Part shown: in pieces, positions 34,527 through 46,667 of the stretch
Layout of the letters: each line of letters begins with the position of its first letter
How positions within the stretch are numbered: position 1 is the first letter of the stretch
From: Convolutriloba macropyga
Taxonomy: Eukaryota
DNA: 64,000 nucleotides
Assembly (NCBI RefSeq): GCF_964194025.1
Contig: NW_027451014.1
Location: forward strand, 1-64,000
Reading direction: 5' to 3'
Program-made: the position numbers and the translations under genes
The notes under the pieces: generated by a model
What the model saw: only the letters and a program-made list of their open reading frames with translations
Databases searched by the model: none
What the model was told of the DNA's origin: nothing

Positions 34527-35603
34527 TTAATACTTTGTGACGCCCCCTCTAGCATCTATGCATGCTTGCACTCGGTTTGGGATGGAGTTGTAGAATTTCA
34601 TGAGTGTCTCATGGGGCATGTTGTCCCATTCTTCTTGCAGCGCATTTTGGAAATTTTGTTTTGTGAGCCCTGGTCTGTTGTTCACTTTCTTGGCTACCCA
34701 GCCCCATACATTCTCAATCCAGCTGAGATCGGGGCTTTTGGCAGGCCAATCTAGTACCTTGAAGTCTTCTTGCTCAGATAGCCACCTAGTAACCTTCTTG
34801 GCAGTGTGGGCCTTGGCATTGTCTTGCTGCCAGACCCAATAAGCACCCATCCTGGCCCTGCTTGTGTGGGGCATCCTGGGCCTCATGAGTTCCCTGGCTG
34901 CTGGGATGAGCTTCTCCTTCAAGAGATCCAAGTACACCGTTGCATTCACGCCTTTGGAGTCCGCATGCATGCCTGTGGTCCCCACAGTGGCAAACAGGGG
35001 GCTCTTTCCATACTTGGTCACCACTGCATAGGCATGCACCTTGAAGCTGTGAGTTTCTGCAGCAATTACTGGTGGCTCTTCTCCATACATCACCCACACC
35101 TTGTCCCCAGGGCCACGAGATACAAGCCAGAAGTTCTTGCTGTCACTGATAGCCGTGTCTTCCCATGGGCTATTGCCATACAAGCCTTGCATCTCGATGC
35201 AAAACTGCTCCCTGGCTGTCTTGTGTTGTTCAGTCAGAGTTGGCTTCTTTTTGGGCTTCATACGCTGCCCCATGTGCTTTCGAATGAACTTTCTGATAGA
35301 CTCTGCACTCGCTTCAATGCCCAGGCTGTCCCTCACGCGATTAGCGATGATAGAGCACGCCAATTGTTGACGGACGCCGTCCTCCACCAGCTGCATTAGC
35401 TCAGGGTTGGTTGCTGCCAGCTTGGCAGGCCTCCCAACCCGCTTACTGTCCTGCACGTCTTGGGTGAGCCTGTGACGCTGCACCCATTTCTTGACTGTCT
35501 TGACTCCGCATTTGTGCTTACGTGCCACTTGCTTGAAGTTGCCAAGCTGTTCGTAGCTCAAAACTAGCCGCCATCGCTTGGCGACACTCGTAGGAGAGCG
35601 CAT
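34527..35603 (-). CDS. DD35E transposase T9
   Basis: Protein identical to T1. Confidence 0.95.
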   Translation of the reverse strand: MRSPTSVAKRWRLVLSYEQLGNFKQVARKHKCGVKTVKKWVQRHRLTQDVQDSKRVGRPAKLAATNPELMQLVEDGVRQQLACSIIANRVRDSLGIEASAESIRKFIRKHMGQRMKPKKKPTLTEQHKTAREQFCIEMQGLYGNSPWEDTAISDSKNFWLVSRGPGDKVWVMYGEEPPVIAAETHSFKVHAYAVVTKYGKSPLFATVGTTGMHADSKGVNATVYLDLLKEKLIPAARELMRPRMPHTSRARMGAYWVWQQDNAKAHTAKKVTRWLSEQEDFKVLDWPAKSPDLSWIENVWGWVAKKVNNRPGLTKQNFQNALQEEWDNMPHETLMKFYNSIPNRVQACIDARGGVTKY

Positions 35604-35790
35604 GGTGAAGCGCACAGCAAAATACAGTATGAGCCCACCCCAGAAGTTTGAGCTATATTTAGAAATTGTGGAGAATTCACTGCCTCAAGGCCTTTGGCCA
35701 GTCAGGAAGCATTAAGTGGCATCATAGAACCACACGTCAGCATTAAAACGTACCAACGTACCACTGATAATCCTTTGTTCTTTTGCCCCA

Positions 35791-37170
35791 CACTGCTCCA
35801 CAAAAGTCCGTACCCCCTTGTAAATCCCTATCACACAAATTGTGGCAATTGTCTGTCATCTATGCACTTCCTGACTGCCATTCACGTTAGTTTCAAAGAC
35901 CACCGCAAACATAATTTAGCCATTCATAGTCTTGGAGAAGAATCCACGGCATGTGGCCTTTTCGAGCCCCTGGAATATCAGTTAAAGGCTAGCCACACTC
36001 TTGAAAATCGCCCAAGAAATCGGTACGTGAAATAGTACTGAGCAGCCGTAGGCCATACGGTGGCAGGTTGGTCATTGATGCCAAGCTGTCACAATAGTGC
36101 ACCGCTGAAAAATATCAAATTGCAAGTCCAATTCGTCATTGAGGAGGAAATGGCGTCCATATGTGGCCATTGGGTGAGGCAGAAGCTTGCCCGAATTCAT
36201 GGGCAGCCCTGTGAGCGAAAAACCCAATTTCGTCATACGGGCTCAGAACGGAGCGCTGTCAAGGCCAGCGTGAGCAGAATTTTCGCCGTCCCGGGCCAAG
36301 GGCTGGGGCTTAGCCCGGGTCAAAATCGATTGAGACCATAAAAAAGGGTACCTTGTTTCCTCACTAAAAAGATATGGCCATTTGAAGTTTTCGTGCAGCC
36401 TGAAACTGGGCCAAGTCGCCATATTTTGGCACAAATGCCTCATTGTAATGACCACTCCCTAAGGATGATGCATGCACTCCCATCCCACTCACATGAGGTG
36501 CAAAAACAAGCATTTTCAAGGCCTCCCCCACCTTTGGCATGGGCCCCTTTCCTACTCCCTTTCCAACCTTTTTTGCATTTTTCCAGTGAGAGGGTTAAAG
36601 GGGCACCACTGGTCAGGGCTCCCCTTACCACGTTGGGCAATGGCCCTCCCCACCAACCCTTGTGCACGATGCACTATCACCATGGGTTGGTTGGCGCACG
36701 AATAGCATGGCTTGAGTGTCTCATCCATGGTGGAAGGACTCCAGATGGTGTCAACAAGGGGCCAAAATCGGGTCGCTCGAAATCACCAGCAAAGCACCAC
36801 CAACTCATGGGGCCCTAGTGTTGTAGGGTGTGGCCTTATGGGTCCAAGCTATGCATGACGAGAGACACATTATCCTTGCTACGATGTTATAAGGAACTGA
36901 GAAGTGATCACTCATGTCTCGAAATGTGACAATATTTTTAGTTTCAGGCAAAATCGAAGTAAACTCAACATGGAATTGCCTGACCATGGGCACCCCCACC
37001 CACCATATAATGCATAACCTTACCATTGCGTTGACATCTAAGCCATGTAACGAGTCATAATGCATTGTTCTGCAGCCAAGGGAGCCAATGATGGTTTCGT
37101 AACTCAATGCATTGGCCTTTGACAAAATTATGGGAAAACTTTAGGGGGTGCAAACTTTTGTGGAGCAGTG
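35791..37170. mobile_element. Element A copy 5
   Basis: Same TIRs and junctions as copy 2. Confidence 0.9.
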
Positions 37171-37244
37171 TGGGGCAGTAGTTTCCCCACCAGATTCACA
37201 TACATAGGAGTTTACAGTGCTTTAACCCAGTTGCATTCTTGGGC

Positions 37245-38321
37245 TTAATACTTTGTGACGCCCCCTCTAGCATCTATGCATGCTTGCACTCGGTTTGGGA
37301 TGGAGTTGTAGAATTTCATGAGTGTCTCATGGGGCATGTTGTCCCATTCTTCTTGCAGCGCATTTTGGAAATTTTGTTTTGTGAGCCCTGGTCTGTTGTT
37401 CACTTTCTTGGCTACCCAGCCCCATACATTCTCAATCCAGCTGAGATCGGGGCTTTTGGCAGGCCAATCTAGTACCTTGAAGTCTTCTTGCTCAGATAGC
37501 CACCTAGTAACCTTCTTGGCAGTGTGGGCCTTGGCATTGTCTTGCTGCCAGACCCAATAAGCACCCATCCTGGCCCTGCTTGTGTGGGGCATCCTGGGCC
37601 TCATGAGTTCCCTGGCTGCTGGGATGAGCTTCTCCTTCAAGAGATCCAAGTACACCGTTGCATTCACGCCTTTGGAGTCCGCATGCATGCCTGTGGTCCC
37701 CACAGTGGCAAACAGGGGGCTCTTTCCATACTTGGTCACCACTGCATAGGCATGCACCTTGAAGCTGTGAGTTTCTGCAGCAATTACTGGTGGCTCTTCT
37801 CCATACATCACCCACACCTTGTCCCCAGGGCCACGAGATACAAGCCAGAAGTTCTTGCTGTCACTGATAGCCGTGTCTTCCCATGGGCTATTGCCATACA
37901 AGCCTTGCATCTCGATGCAAAACTGCTCCCTGGCTGTCTTGTGTTGTTCAGTCAGAGTTGGCTTCTTTTTGGGCTTCATACGCTGCCCCATGTGCTTTCG
38001 AATGAACTTTCTGATAGACTCTGCACTCGCTTCAATGCCCAGGCTGTCCCTCACGCGATTAGCGATGATAGAGCACGCCAATTGTTGACGGACGCCGTCC
38101 TCCACCAGCTGCATTAGCTCAGGGTTGGTTGCTGCCAGCTTGGCAGGCCTCCCAACCCGCTTACTGTCCTGCACGTCTTGGGTGAGCCTGTGACGCTGCA
38201 CCCATTTCTTGACTGTCTTGACTCCGCATTTGTGCTTACGTGCCACTTGCTTGAAGTTGCCAAGCTGTTCGTAGCTCAAAACTAGCCGCCATCGCTTGGC
38301 GACACTCGTAGGAGAGCGCAT
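37245..38321 (-). CDS. DD35E transposase T10
   Basis: Protein identical to T1. Confidence 0.95.
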   Translation of the reverse strand: MRSPTSVAKRWRLVLSYEQLGNFKQVARKHKCGVKTVKKWVQRHRLTQDVQDSKRVGRPAKLAATNPELMQLVEDGVRQQLACSIIANRVRDSLGIEASAESIRKFIRKHMGQRMKPKKKPTLTEQHKTAREQFCIEMQGLYGNSPWEDTAISDSKNFWLVSRGPGDKVWVMYGEEPPVIAAETHSFKVHAYAVVTKYGKSPLFATVGTTGMHADSKGVNATVYLDLLKEKLIPAARELMRPRMPHTSRARMGAYWVWQQDNAKAHTAKKVTRWLSEQEDFKVLDWPAKSPDLSWIENVWGWVAKKVNNRPGLTKQNFQNALQEEWDNMPHETLMKFYNSIPNRVQACIDARGGVTKY

Positions 38322-38585
38322 GGTGAAGCGCACAGCAAAATACAGTATGAGCCCACCCCAGAAGTTTGAGCTATATTTAGAAATTGTGGAGAATTCACTG
38401 CCTCAAGGCCTTTGGCCAGTCAGGAAGCATTAAGTGGCATCATAGAACCACACGTCAGCATTAAAACGTACCAACGTACCACTGATAATCCTTTGTTCTT
38501 TTGCCCCACAGTGGGGCAGTAGTTTCCCCACCAGATTCACATACATAGGAGTTTACAGTGCTTTAACCCAGTTGCATTCTTGGGC

Positions 38586-39662
38586 TTAATACTTTGTGAC
38601 GCCCCCTCTAGCATCTATGCATGCTTGCACTCGGTTTGGGATGGAGTTGTAGAATTTCATGAGTGTCTCATGGGGCATGTTGTCCCATTCTTCTTGCAGC
38701 GCATTTTGGAAATTTTGTTTTGTGAGCCCTGGTCTGTTGTTCACTTTCTTGGCTACCCAGCCCCATACATTCTCAATCCAGCTGAGATCGGGGCTTTTGG
38801 CAGGCCAATCTAGTACCTTGAAGTCTTCTTGCTCAGATAGCCACCTAGTAACCTTCTTGGCAGTGTGGGCCTTGGCATTGTCTTGCTGCCAGACCCAATA
38901 AGCACCCATCCTGGCCCTGCTTGTGTGGGGCATCCTGGGCCTCATGAGTTCCCTGGCTGCTGGGATGAGCTTCTCCTTCAAGAGATCCAAGTACACCGTT
39001 GCATTCACGCCTTTGGAGTCCGCATGCATGCCTGTGGTCCCCACAGTGGCAAACAGGGGGCTCTTTCCATACTTGGTCACCACTGCATAGGCATGCACCT
39101 TGAAGCTGTGAGTTTCTGCAGCAATTACTGGTGGCTCTTCTCCATACATCACCCACACCTTGTCCCCAGGGCCACGAGATACAAGCCAGAAGTTCTTGCT
39201 GTCACTGATAGCCGTGTCTTCCCATGGGCTATTGCCATACAAGCCTTGCATCTCGATGCAAAACTGCTCCCTAGCTGTCTTGTGTTGTTCAGTCAGAGTT
39301 GGCTTCTTTTTGGGCTTCATACGCTGCCCCATGTGCTTTCGAATGAACTTTCTGATAGACTCTGCACTCGCTTCAATGCCCAGGCTGTCCCTCACGCGAT
39401 TAGCGATGATAGAGCACGCCAATTGTTGACGGACGCCGTCCTCCACCAGCTGCATTAGCTCAGGGTTGGTTGCTGCCAGCTTGGCAGGCCTCCCAACCCG
39501 CTTACTGTCCTGCACGTCTTGGGTGAGCCTGTGACGCTGCACCCATTTCTTGACTGTCTTGACTCCGCATTTGTGCTTACGTGCCACTTGCTTGAAGTTG
39601 CCAAGCTGTTCGTAGCTCAAAACTAGCCGCCATCGCTTGGCGACACTCGTAGGAGAGCGCAT
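38586..39662 (-). CDS. DD35E transposase T11
   Basis: Protein identical to T1; synonymous SNP at 39273. Confidence 0.95.
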   Translation of the reverse strand: MRSPTSVAKRWRLVLSYEQLGNFKQVARKHKCGVKTVKKWVQRHRLTQDVQDSKRVGRPAKLAATNPELMQLVEDGVRQQLACSIIANRVRDSLGIEASAESIRKFIRKHMGQRMKPKKKPTLTEQHKTAREQFCIEMQGLYGNSPWEDTAISDSKNFWLVSRGPGDKVWVMYGEEPPVIAAETHSFKVHAYAVVTKYGKSPLFATVGTTGMHADSKGVNATVYLDLLKEKLIPAARELMRPRMPHTSRARMGAYWVWQQDNAKAHTAKKVTRWLSEQEDFKVLDWPAKSPDLSWIENVWGWVAKKVNNRPGLTKQNFQNALQEEWDNMPHETLMKFYNSIPNRVQACIDARGGVTKY

Positions 39663-39926
39663 GGTGAAGCGCACAGCAAAATACAGTATGAGCCCACCCC
39701 AGAAGTTTGAGCTATATTTAGAAATTGTGGAGAATTCACTGCCTCAAGGCCTTTGGCCAGTCAGGAAGCATTAAGTGGCATCATAGAACCACACGTCAGC
39801 ATTAAAACGTACCAACGTACCACTGATAATCCTTTGTTCTTTTGCCCCACTGTGGGGCAGTAGTTTCCCCACCAGATTCACATACATAGGAGTTTACAGT
39901 GCTTTAACCCAGTTGCATTCTTGGGC

Positions 39927-41003
39927 TTAATACTTTGTGACGCCCCCTCTAGCATCTATGCATGCTTGCACTCGGTTTGGGATGGAGTTGTAGAATTTCA
40001 TGAGTGTCTCATGGGGCATGTTGTCCCATTCTTCTTGCAGCGCATTTTGGAAATTTTGTTTTGTGAGCCCTGGTCTGTTGTTCACTTTCTTGGCTACCCA
40101 GCCCCATACATTCTCAATCCAGCTGAGATCGGGGCTTTTGGCAGGCCAATCTAGTACCTTGAAGTCTTCTTGCTCAGATAGCCACCTAGTAACCTTCTTG
40201 GCAGTGTGGGCCTTGGCATTGTCTTGCTGCCAGACCCAATAAGCACCCATCCTGGCCCTGCTTGTGTGGGGCATCCTGGGCCTCATGAGTTCCCTGGCTG
40301 CTGGGATGAGCTTCTCCTTCAAGAGATCCAAGTACACCGTTGCATTCACGCCTTTGGAGTCCGCATGCATGCCTGTGGTCCCCACAGTGGCAAACAGGGG
40401 GCTCTTTCCATACTTGGTCACCACTGCATAGGCATGCACCTTGAAGCTGTGAGTTTCTGCAGCAATTACTGGTGGCTCTTCTCCATACATCACCCACACC
40501 TTGTCCCCAGGGCCACGAGATACAAGCCAGAAGTTCTTGCTGTCACTGATAGCCGTGTCTTCCCATGGGCTATTGCCATACAAGCCTTGCATCTCGATGC
40601 AAAACTGCTCCCTGGCTGTCTTGTGTTGTTCAGTCAGAGTTGGCTTCTTTTTGGGCTTCATACGCTGCCCCATGTGCTTTCGAATGAACTTTCTGATAGA
40701 CTCTGCACTCGCTTCAATGCCCAGGCTGTCCCTCACGCGATTAGCGATGATAGAGCACGCCAATTGTTGACGGACGCCGTCCTCCACCAGCTGCATTAGC
40801 TCAGGGTTGGTTGCTGCCAGCTTGGCAGGCCTCCCAACCCGCTTACTGTCCTGCACGTCTTGGGTGAGCCTGTGACGCTGCACCCATTTCTTGACTGTCT
40901 TGACTCCGCATTTGTGCTTACGTGCCACTTGCTTGAAGTTGCCAAGCTGTTCGTAGCTCAAAACTAGCCGCCATCGCTTGGCGACACTCGTAGGAGAGCG
41001 CAT
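39927..41003 (-). CDS. DD35E transposase T12
   Basis: Protein identical to T1. Confidence 0.95.
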   Translation of the reverse strand: MRSPTSVAKRWRLVLSYEQLGNFKQVARKHKCGVKTVKKWVQRHRLTQDVQDSKRVGRPAKLAATNPELMQLVEDGVRQQLACSIIANRVRDSLGIEASAESIRKFIRKHMGQRMKPKKKPTLTEQHKTAREQFCIEMQGLYGNSPWEDTAISDSKNFWLVSRGPGDKVWVMYGEEPPVIAAETHSFKVHAYAVVTKYGKSPLFATVGTTGMHADSKGVNATVYLDLLKEKLIPAARELMRPRMPHTSRARMGAYWVWQQDNAKAHTAKKVTRWLSEQEDFKVLDWPAKSPDLSWIENVWGWVAKKVNNRPGLTKQNFQNALQEEWDNMPHETLMKFYNSIPNRVQACIDARGGVTKY

Positions 41004-41267
41004 GGTGAAGCGCACAGCAAAATACAGTATGAGCCCACCCCAGAAGTTTGAGCTATATTTAGAAATTGTGGAGAATTCACTGCCTCAAGGCCTTTGGCCA
41101 GTCAGGAAGCATTAAGTGGCATCATAGAACCACACGTCAGCATTAAAACGTACCAACGTACCACTGATAATCCTTTGTTCTTTTGCCCCACAGTGGGGCA
41201 GTAGTTTCCCCACCAGATTCACATACATAGGAGTTTACAGTGCTTTAACCCAGTTGCATTCTTGGGC

Positions 41268-42344
41268 TTAATACTTTGTGACGCCCCCTCTAGCATCTAT
41301 GCATGCTTGCACTCGGTTTGGGATGGAGTTGTAGAATTTCATGAGTGTCTCATGGGGCATGTTGTCCCATTCTTCTTGCAGCGCATTTTGGAAATTTTGT
41401 TTTGTGAGCCCTGGTCTGTTGTTCACTTTCTTGGCTACCCAGCCCCATACATTCTCAATCCAGCTGAGATCGGGGCTTTTGGCAGGCCAATCTAGTACCT
41501 TGAAGTCTTCTTGCTCAGATAGCCACCTAGTAACCTTCTTGGCAGTGTGGGCCTTGGCATTGTCTTGCTGCCAGACCCAATAAGCACCCATCCTGGCCCT
41601 GCTTGTGTGGGGCATCCTGGGCCTCATGAGTTCCCTGGCTGCTGGGATGAGCTTCTCCTTCAAGAGATCCAAGTACACCGTTGCATTCACGCCTTTGGAG
41701 TCCGCATGCATGCCTGTGGTCCCCACAGTGGCAAACAGGGGGCTCTTTCCATACTTGGTCACCACTGCATAGGCATGCACCTTGAAGCTGTGAGTTTCTG
41801 CAGCAATTACTGGTGGCTCTTCTCCATACATCACCCACACCTTGTCCCCAGGGCCACGAGATACAAGCCAGAAGTTCTTGCTGTCACTGATAGCCGTGTC
41901 TTCCCATGGGCTATTGCCATACAAGCCTTGCATCTCGATGCAAAACTGCTCCCTAGCTGTCTTGTGTTGTTCAGTCAGAGTTGGCTTCTTTTTGGGCTTC
42001 ATACGCTGCCCCATGTGCTTTCGAATGAACTTTCTGATAGACTCTGCACTCGCTTCAATGCCCAGGCTGTCCCTCACGCGATTAGCGATGATAGAGCACG
42101 CCAATTGTTGACGGACGCCGTCCTCCACCAGCTGCATTAGCTCAGGGTTGGTTGCTGCCAGCTTGGCAGGCCTCCCAACCCGCTTACTGTCCTGCACGTC
42201 TTGGGTGAGCCTGTGACGCTGCACCCATTTCTTGACTGTCTTGACTCCGCATTTGTGCTTACGTGCCACTTGCTTGAAGTTGCCAAGCTGTTCGTAGCTC
42301 AAAACTAGCCGCCATCGCTTGGCGACACTCGTAGGAGAGCGCAT
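41268..42344 (-). CDS. DD35E transposase T13
   Basis: Protein identical to T1; same synonymous SNP as T11 at 41955. Confidence 0.95.
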   Translation of the reverse strand: MRSPTSVAKRWRLVLSYEQLGNFKQVARKHKCGVKTVKKWVQRHRLTQDVQDSKRVGRPAKLAATNPELMQLVEDGVRQQLACSIIANRVRDSLGIEASAESIRKFIRKHMGQRMKPKKKPTLTEQHKTAREQFCIEMQGLYGNSPWEDTAISDSKNFWLVSRGPGDKVWVMYGEEPPVIAAETHSFKVHAYAVVTKYGKSPLFATVGTTGMHADSKGVNATVYLDLLKEKLIPAARELMRPRMPHTSRARMGAYWVWQQDNAKAHTAKKVTRWLSEQEDFKVLDWPAKSPDLSWIENVWGWVAKKVNNRPGLTKQNFQNALQEEWDNMPHETLMKFYNSIPNRVQACIDARGGVTKY

Positions 42345-42608
42345 GGTGAAGCGCACAGCAAAATACAGTATGAGCCCACCCCAGAAGTTTGAGCTATATT
42401 TAGAAATTGTGGAGAATTCACTGCCTCAAGGCCTTTGGCCAGTCAGGAAGCATTAAGTGGCATCATAGAACCACACGTCAGCATTAAAACGTACCAACGT
42501 ACCACTGATAATCCTTTGTTCTTTTGCCCCACAGTGGGGCAGTAGTTTCCCCACCAGATTCACATACATAGGAGTTTACAGTGCTTTAACCCAGTTGCAT
42601 TCTTGGGC

Positions 42609-43685
42609 TTAATACTTTGTGACGCCCCCTCTAGCATCTATGCATGCTTGCACTCGGTTTGGGATGGAGTTGTAGAATTTCATGAGTGTCTCATGGGGCA
42701 TGTTGTCCCATTCTTCTTGCAGCGCATTTTGGAAATTTTGTTTTGTGAGCCCTGGTCTGTTGTTCACTTTCTTGGCTACCCAGCCCCATACATTCTCAAT
42801 CCAGCTGAGATCGGGGCTTTTGGCAGGCCAATCTAGTACCTTGAAGTCTTCTTGCTCAGATAGCCACCTAGTAACCTTCTTGGCAGTGTGGGCCTTGGCA
42901 TTGTCTTGCTGCCAGACCCAATAAGCACCCATCCTGGCCCTGCTTGTGTGGGGCATCCTGGGCCTCATGAGTTCCCTGGCTGCTGGGATGAGCTTCTCCT
43001 TCAAGAGATCCAAGTACACCGTTGCATTCACGCCTTTGGAGTCCGCATGCATGCTTGTGGTCCCCACAGTGGCAAACAGGGGGCTCTTTCCATACTTGGT
43101 CACCACTGCATAGGCATGCACCTTGAAGCTGTGAGTTTCTGCAGCAATTACTGGTGGCTCTTCTCCATACATCACCCACACCTTGTCCCCAGGGCCACGA
43201 GATACAAGCCAGAAGTTCTTGCTGTCACTGATAGCCGTGTCTTCCCATGGGCTATTGCCATACAAGCCTTGCATCTCGATGCAAAACTGCTCCCTGGCTG
43301 TCTTGTGTTGTTCAGTCAGAGTTGGCTTCTTTTTGGGCTTCATACGCTGCCCCATGTGCTTTCGAATGAACTTTCTGATAGACTCTGCACTCGCTTCAAT
43401 GCCCAGGCTGTCCCTCACGCGATTAGCGATGATAGAGCACGCCAATTGTTGACGGACGCCGTCCTCCACCAGCTGCATTAGCTCAGGGTTGGTTGCTGCC
43501 AGCTTGGCAGGCCTCCCAACCCGCTTACTGTCCTGCACGTCTTGGGTGAGCCTGTGACGCTGCACCCATTTCTTGACTGTCTTGACTCCGCATTTGTGCT
43601 TACGTGCCACTTGCTTGAAGTTGCCAAGCTGTTCGTAGCTCAAAACTAGCCGCCATCGCTTGGCGACACTCGTAGGAGAGCGCAT
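42609..43685 (-). CDS. DD35E transposase T14
   Basis: One substitution (GTTGM to GTTSM). Confidence 0.95.
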   Translation of the reverse strand: MRSPTSVAKRWRLVLSYEQLGNFKQVARKHKCGVKTVKKWVQRHRLTQDVQDSKRVGRPAKLAATNPELMQLVEDGVRQQLACSIIANRVRDSLGIEASAESIRKFIRKHMGQRMKPKKKPTLTEQHKTAREQFCIEMQGLYGNSPWEDTAISDSKNFWLVSRGPGDKVWVMYGEEPPVIAAETHSFKVHAYAVVTKYGKSPLFATVGTTSMHADSKGVNATVYLDLLKEKLIPAARELMRPRMPHTSRARMGAYWVWQQDNAKAHTAKKVTRWLSEQEDFKVLDWPAKSPDLSWIENVWGWVAKKVNNRPGLTKQNFQNALQEEWDNMPHETLMKFYNSIPNRVQACIDARGGVTKY

Positions 43686-43872
43686 GGTGAAGCGCACAGC
43701 AAAATACAGTATGAGCCCACCCCAGAAGTTTGAGCTATATTTAGAAATTGTGGAGAATTCACTGCCTCAAGGCCTTTGGCCAGTCAGGAAGCATTAAGTG
43801 GCATCATAGAACCACACGTCAGCATTAAAACGTACCAACGTACCACTGATAATCCTTTGTTCTTTTGCCCCA

Positions 43873-45252
43873 CACTGCTCCACAAAAGTCCGTACCCCCT
43901 TGTAAATCCCTATCACACAAATTGTGGCAATTGTCTGTCATCTATGCACTTCCTGACTGCCATTCACGTTAGTTTCAAAGACCACCGCAAACATAATTTA
44001 GCCATTCATAGTCTTGGAGAAGAATCCACGGCATGTGGCCTTTTCGAGCCCCTGGAATATCAGTTAAAGGCTAGCCACACTCTTGAAAATCGCCCAAGAA
44101 ATCGGTACGTGAAATAGTACTGAGCAGCCGTAGGCCATACGGTGGCAGGTTGGTCATTGATGCCAAGCTGTCACAATAGTGCACCGCTGAAAAATATCAA
44201 ATTGCAAGTCCAATTCGTCATTGAGGAGGAAATGGCGTCCATATGTGGCCATTGGGTGAGGCAGAAGCTTGCCCGAATTCATGGGCAGCCCTGTGAGCGA
44301 AAAACCCAATTTCGTCATACGGGCTCAGAACGGAGCGCTGTCAAGGCCAGCGTGAGCAGAATTTTCGCCGTCCCGGGCCAAGGGCTGGGGCTTAGCCCGG
44401 GTCAAAATCGATTGAGACCATAAAAAAGGGTACCTTGTTTCCTCACTAAAAAGATATGGCCATTTGAAGTTTTCGTGCAGCCTGAAACTGGGCCAAGTCG
44501 CCATATTTTGGCACAAATGCCTCATTGTAATGACCACTCCCTAAGGATGATGCATGCACTCCCATCCCACTCACATGAGGTGCAAAAACAAGCATTTTCA
44601 AGGCCTCCCCCACCTTTGGCATGGGCCCCTTTCCTACTCCCTTTCCAACCTTTTTTGCATTTTTCCAGTGAGAGGGTTAAAGGGGCACCACTGGTCAGGG
44701 CTCCCCTTACCACGTTGGGCAATGGCCCTCCCCACCAACCCTTGTGCACGATGCACTATCACCATGGGTTGGTTGGCGCACGAATAGCATGGCTTGAGTG
44801 TCTCATCCATGGTGGAAGGACTCCAGATGGTGTCAACAAGGGGCCAAAATCGGGTCGCTCGAAATCACCAGCAAAGCACCACCAACTCATGGGGCCCTAG
44901 TGTTGTAGGGTGTGGCCTTATGGGTCCAAGCTATGCATGACGAGAGACACATTATCCTTGCTACGATGTTATAAGGAACTGAGAAGTGATCACTCATGTC
45001 TCGAAATGTGACAATATTTTTAGTTTCAGGCAAAATCGAAGTAAACTCAACATGGAATTGCCTGACCATGGGCACCCCCACCCACCATATAATGCATAAC
45101 CTTACCATTGCGTTGACATCTAAGCCATGTAACGAGTCATAATGCATTGTTCTGCAGCCAAGGGAGCCAATGATGGTTTCGTAACTCAATGCATTGGCCT
45201 TTGACAAAATTATGGGAAAACTTTAGGGGGTGCAAACTTTTGTGGAGCAGTG
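43873..45252. mobile_element. Element A copy 6
   Basis: Same TIRs and junctions as copy 2. Confidence 0.9.
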
Positions 45253-45326
45253 TGGGGCAGTAGTTTCCCCACCAGATTCACATACATAGGAGTTTACAGT
45301 GCTTTAACCCAGTTGCATTCTTGGGC

Positions 45327-46403
45327 TTAATACTTTGTGACGCCCCCTCTAGCATCTATGCATGCTTGCACTCGGTTTGGGATGGAGTTGTAGAATTTCA
45401 TGAGTGTCTCATGGGGCATGTTGTCCCATTCTTCTTGCAGCGCATTTTGGAAATTTTGTTTTGTGAGCCCTGGTCTGTTGTTCACTTTCTTGGCTACCCA
45501 GCCCCATACATTCTCAATCCAGCTGAGATCGGGGCTTTTGGCAGGCCAATCTAGTACCTTGAAGTCTTCTTGCTCAGATAGCCACCTAGTAACCTTCTTG
45601 GCAGTGTGGGCCTTGGCATTGTCTTGCTGCCAGACCCAATAAGCACCCATCCTGGCCCTGCTTGTGTGGGGCATCCTGGGCCTCATGAGTTCCCTGGCTG
45701 CTGGGATGAGCTTCTCCTTCAAGAGATCCAAGTACACCGTTGCATTCACGCCTTTGGAGTCCGCATGCATGCCTGTGGTCCCCACAGTGGCAAACAGGGG
45801 GCTCTTTCCATACTTGGTCACCACTGCATAGGCATGCACCTTGAAGCTGTGAGTTTCTGCAGCAATTACTGGTGGCTCTTCTCCATACATCACCCACACC
45901 TTGTCCCCAGGGCCACGAGATACAAGCCAGAAGTTCTTGCTGTCACTGATAGCCGTGTCTTCCCATGGGCTATTGCCATACAAGCCTTGCATCTCGATGC
46001 AAAACTGCTCCCTGGCTGTCTTGTGTTGTTCAGTCAGAGTTGGCTTCTTTTTGGGCTTCATACGCTGCCCCATGTGCTTTCGAATGAACTTTCTGATAGA
46101 CTCTGCACTCGCTTCAATGCCCAGGCTGTCCCTCACGCGATTAGCGATGATAGAGCACGCCAATTGTTGACGGACGCCGTCCTCCACCAGCTGCATTAGC
46201 TCAGGGTTGGTTGCTGCCAGCTTGGCAGGCCTCCCAACCCGCTTACTGTCCTGCACGTCTTGGGTGAGCCTGTGACGCTGCACCCATTTCTTGACTGTCT
46301 TGACTCCGCATTTGTGCTTACGTGCCACTTGCTTGAAGTTGCCAAGCTGTTCGTAGCTCAAAACTAGCCGCCATCGCTTGGCGACACTCGTAGGAGAGCG
46401 CAT
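45327..46403 (-). CDS. DD35E transposase T15
   Basis: Protein identical to T1. Confidence 0.95.
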   Translation of the reverse strand: MRSPTSVAKRWRLVLSYEQLGNFKQVARKHKCGVKTVKKWVQRHRLTQDVQDSKRVGRPAKLAATNPELMQLVEDGVRQQLACSIIANRVRDSLGIEASAESIRKFIRKHMGQRMKPKKKPTLTEQHKTAREQFCIEMQGLYGNSPWEDTAISDSKNFWLVSRGPGDKVWVMYGEEPPVIAAETHSFKVHAYAVVTKYGKSPLFATVGTTGMHADSKGVNATVYLDLLKEKLIPAARELMRPRMPHTSRARMGAYWVWQQDNAKAHTAKKVTRWLSEQEDFKVLDWPAKSPDLSWIENVWGWVAKKVNNRPGLTKQNFQNALQEEWDNMPHETLMKFYNSIPNRVQACIDARGGVTKY

Positions 46404-46667
46404 GGTGAAGCGCACAGCAAAATACAGTATGAGCCCACCCCAGAAGTTTGAGCTATATTTAGAAATTGTGGAGAATTCACTGCCTCAAGGCCTTTGGCCA
46501 GTCAGGAAGCATTAAGTGGCATCATAGAACCACACGTCAGCATTAAAACGTACCAACGTACCACTGATAATCCTTTGTTCTTTTGCCCCACAGTGGGGCA
46601 GTAGTTTCCCCACCAGATTCACATACATAGGAGTTTACAGTGCTTTAACCCAGTTGCATTCTTGGGC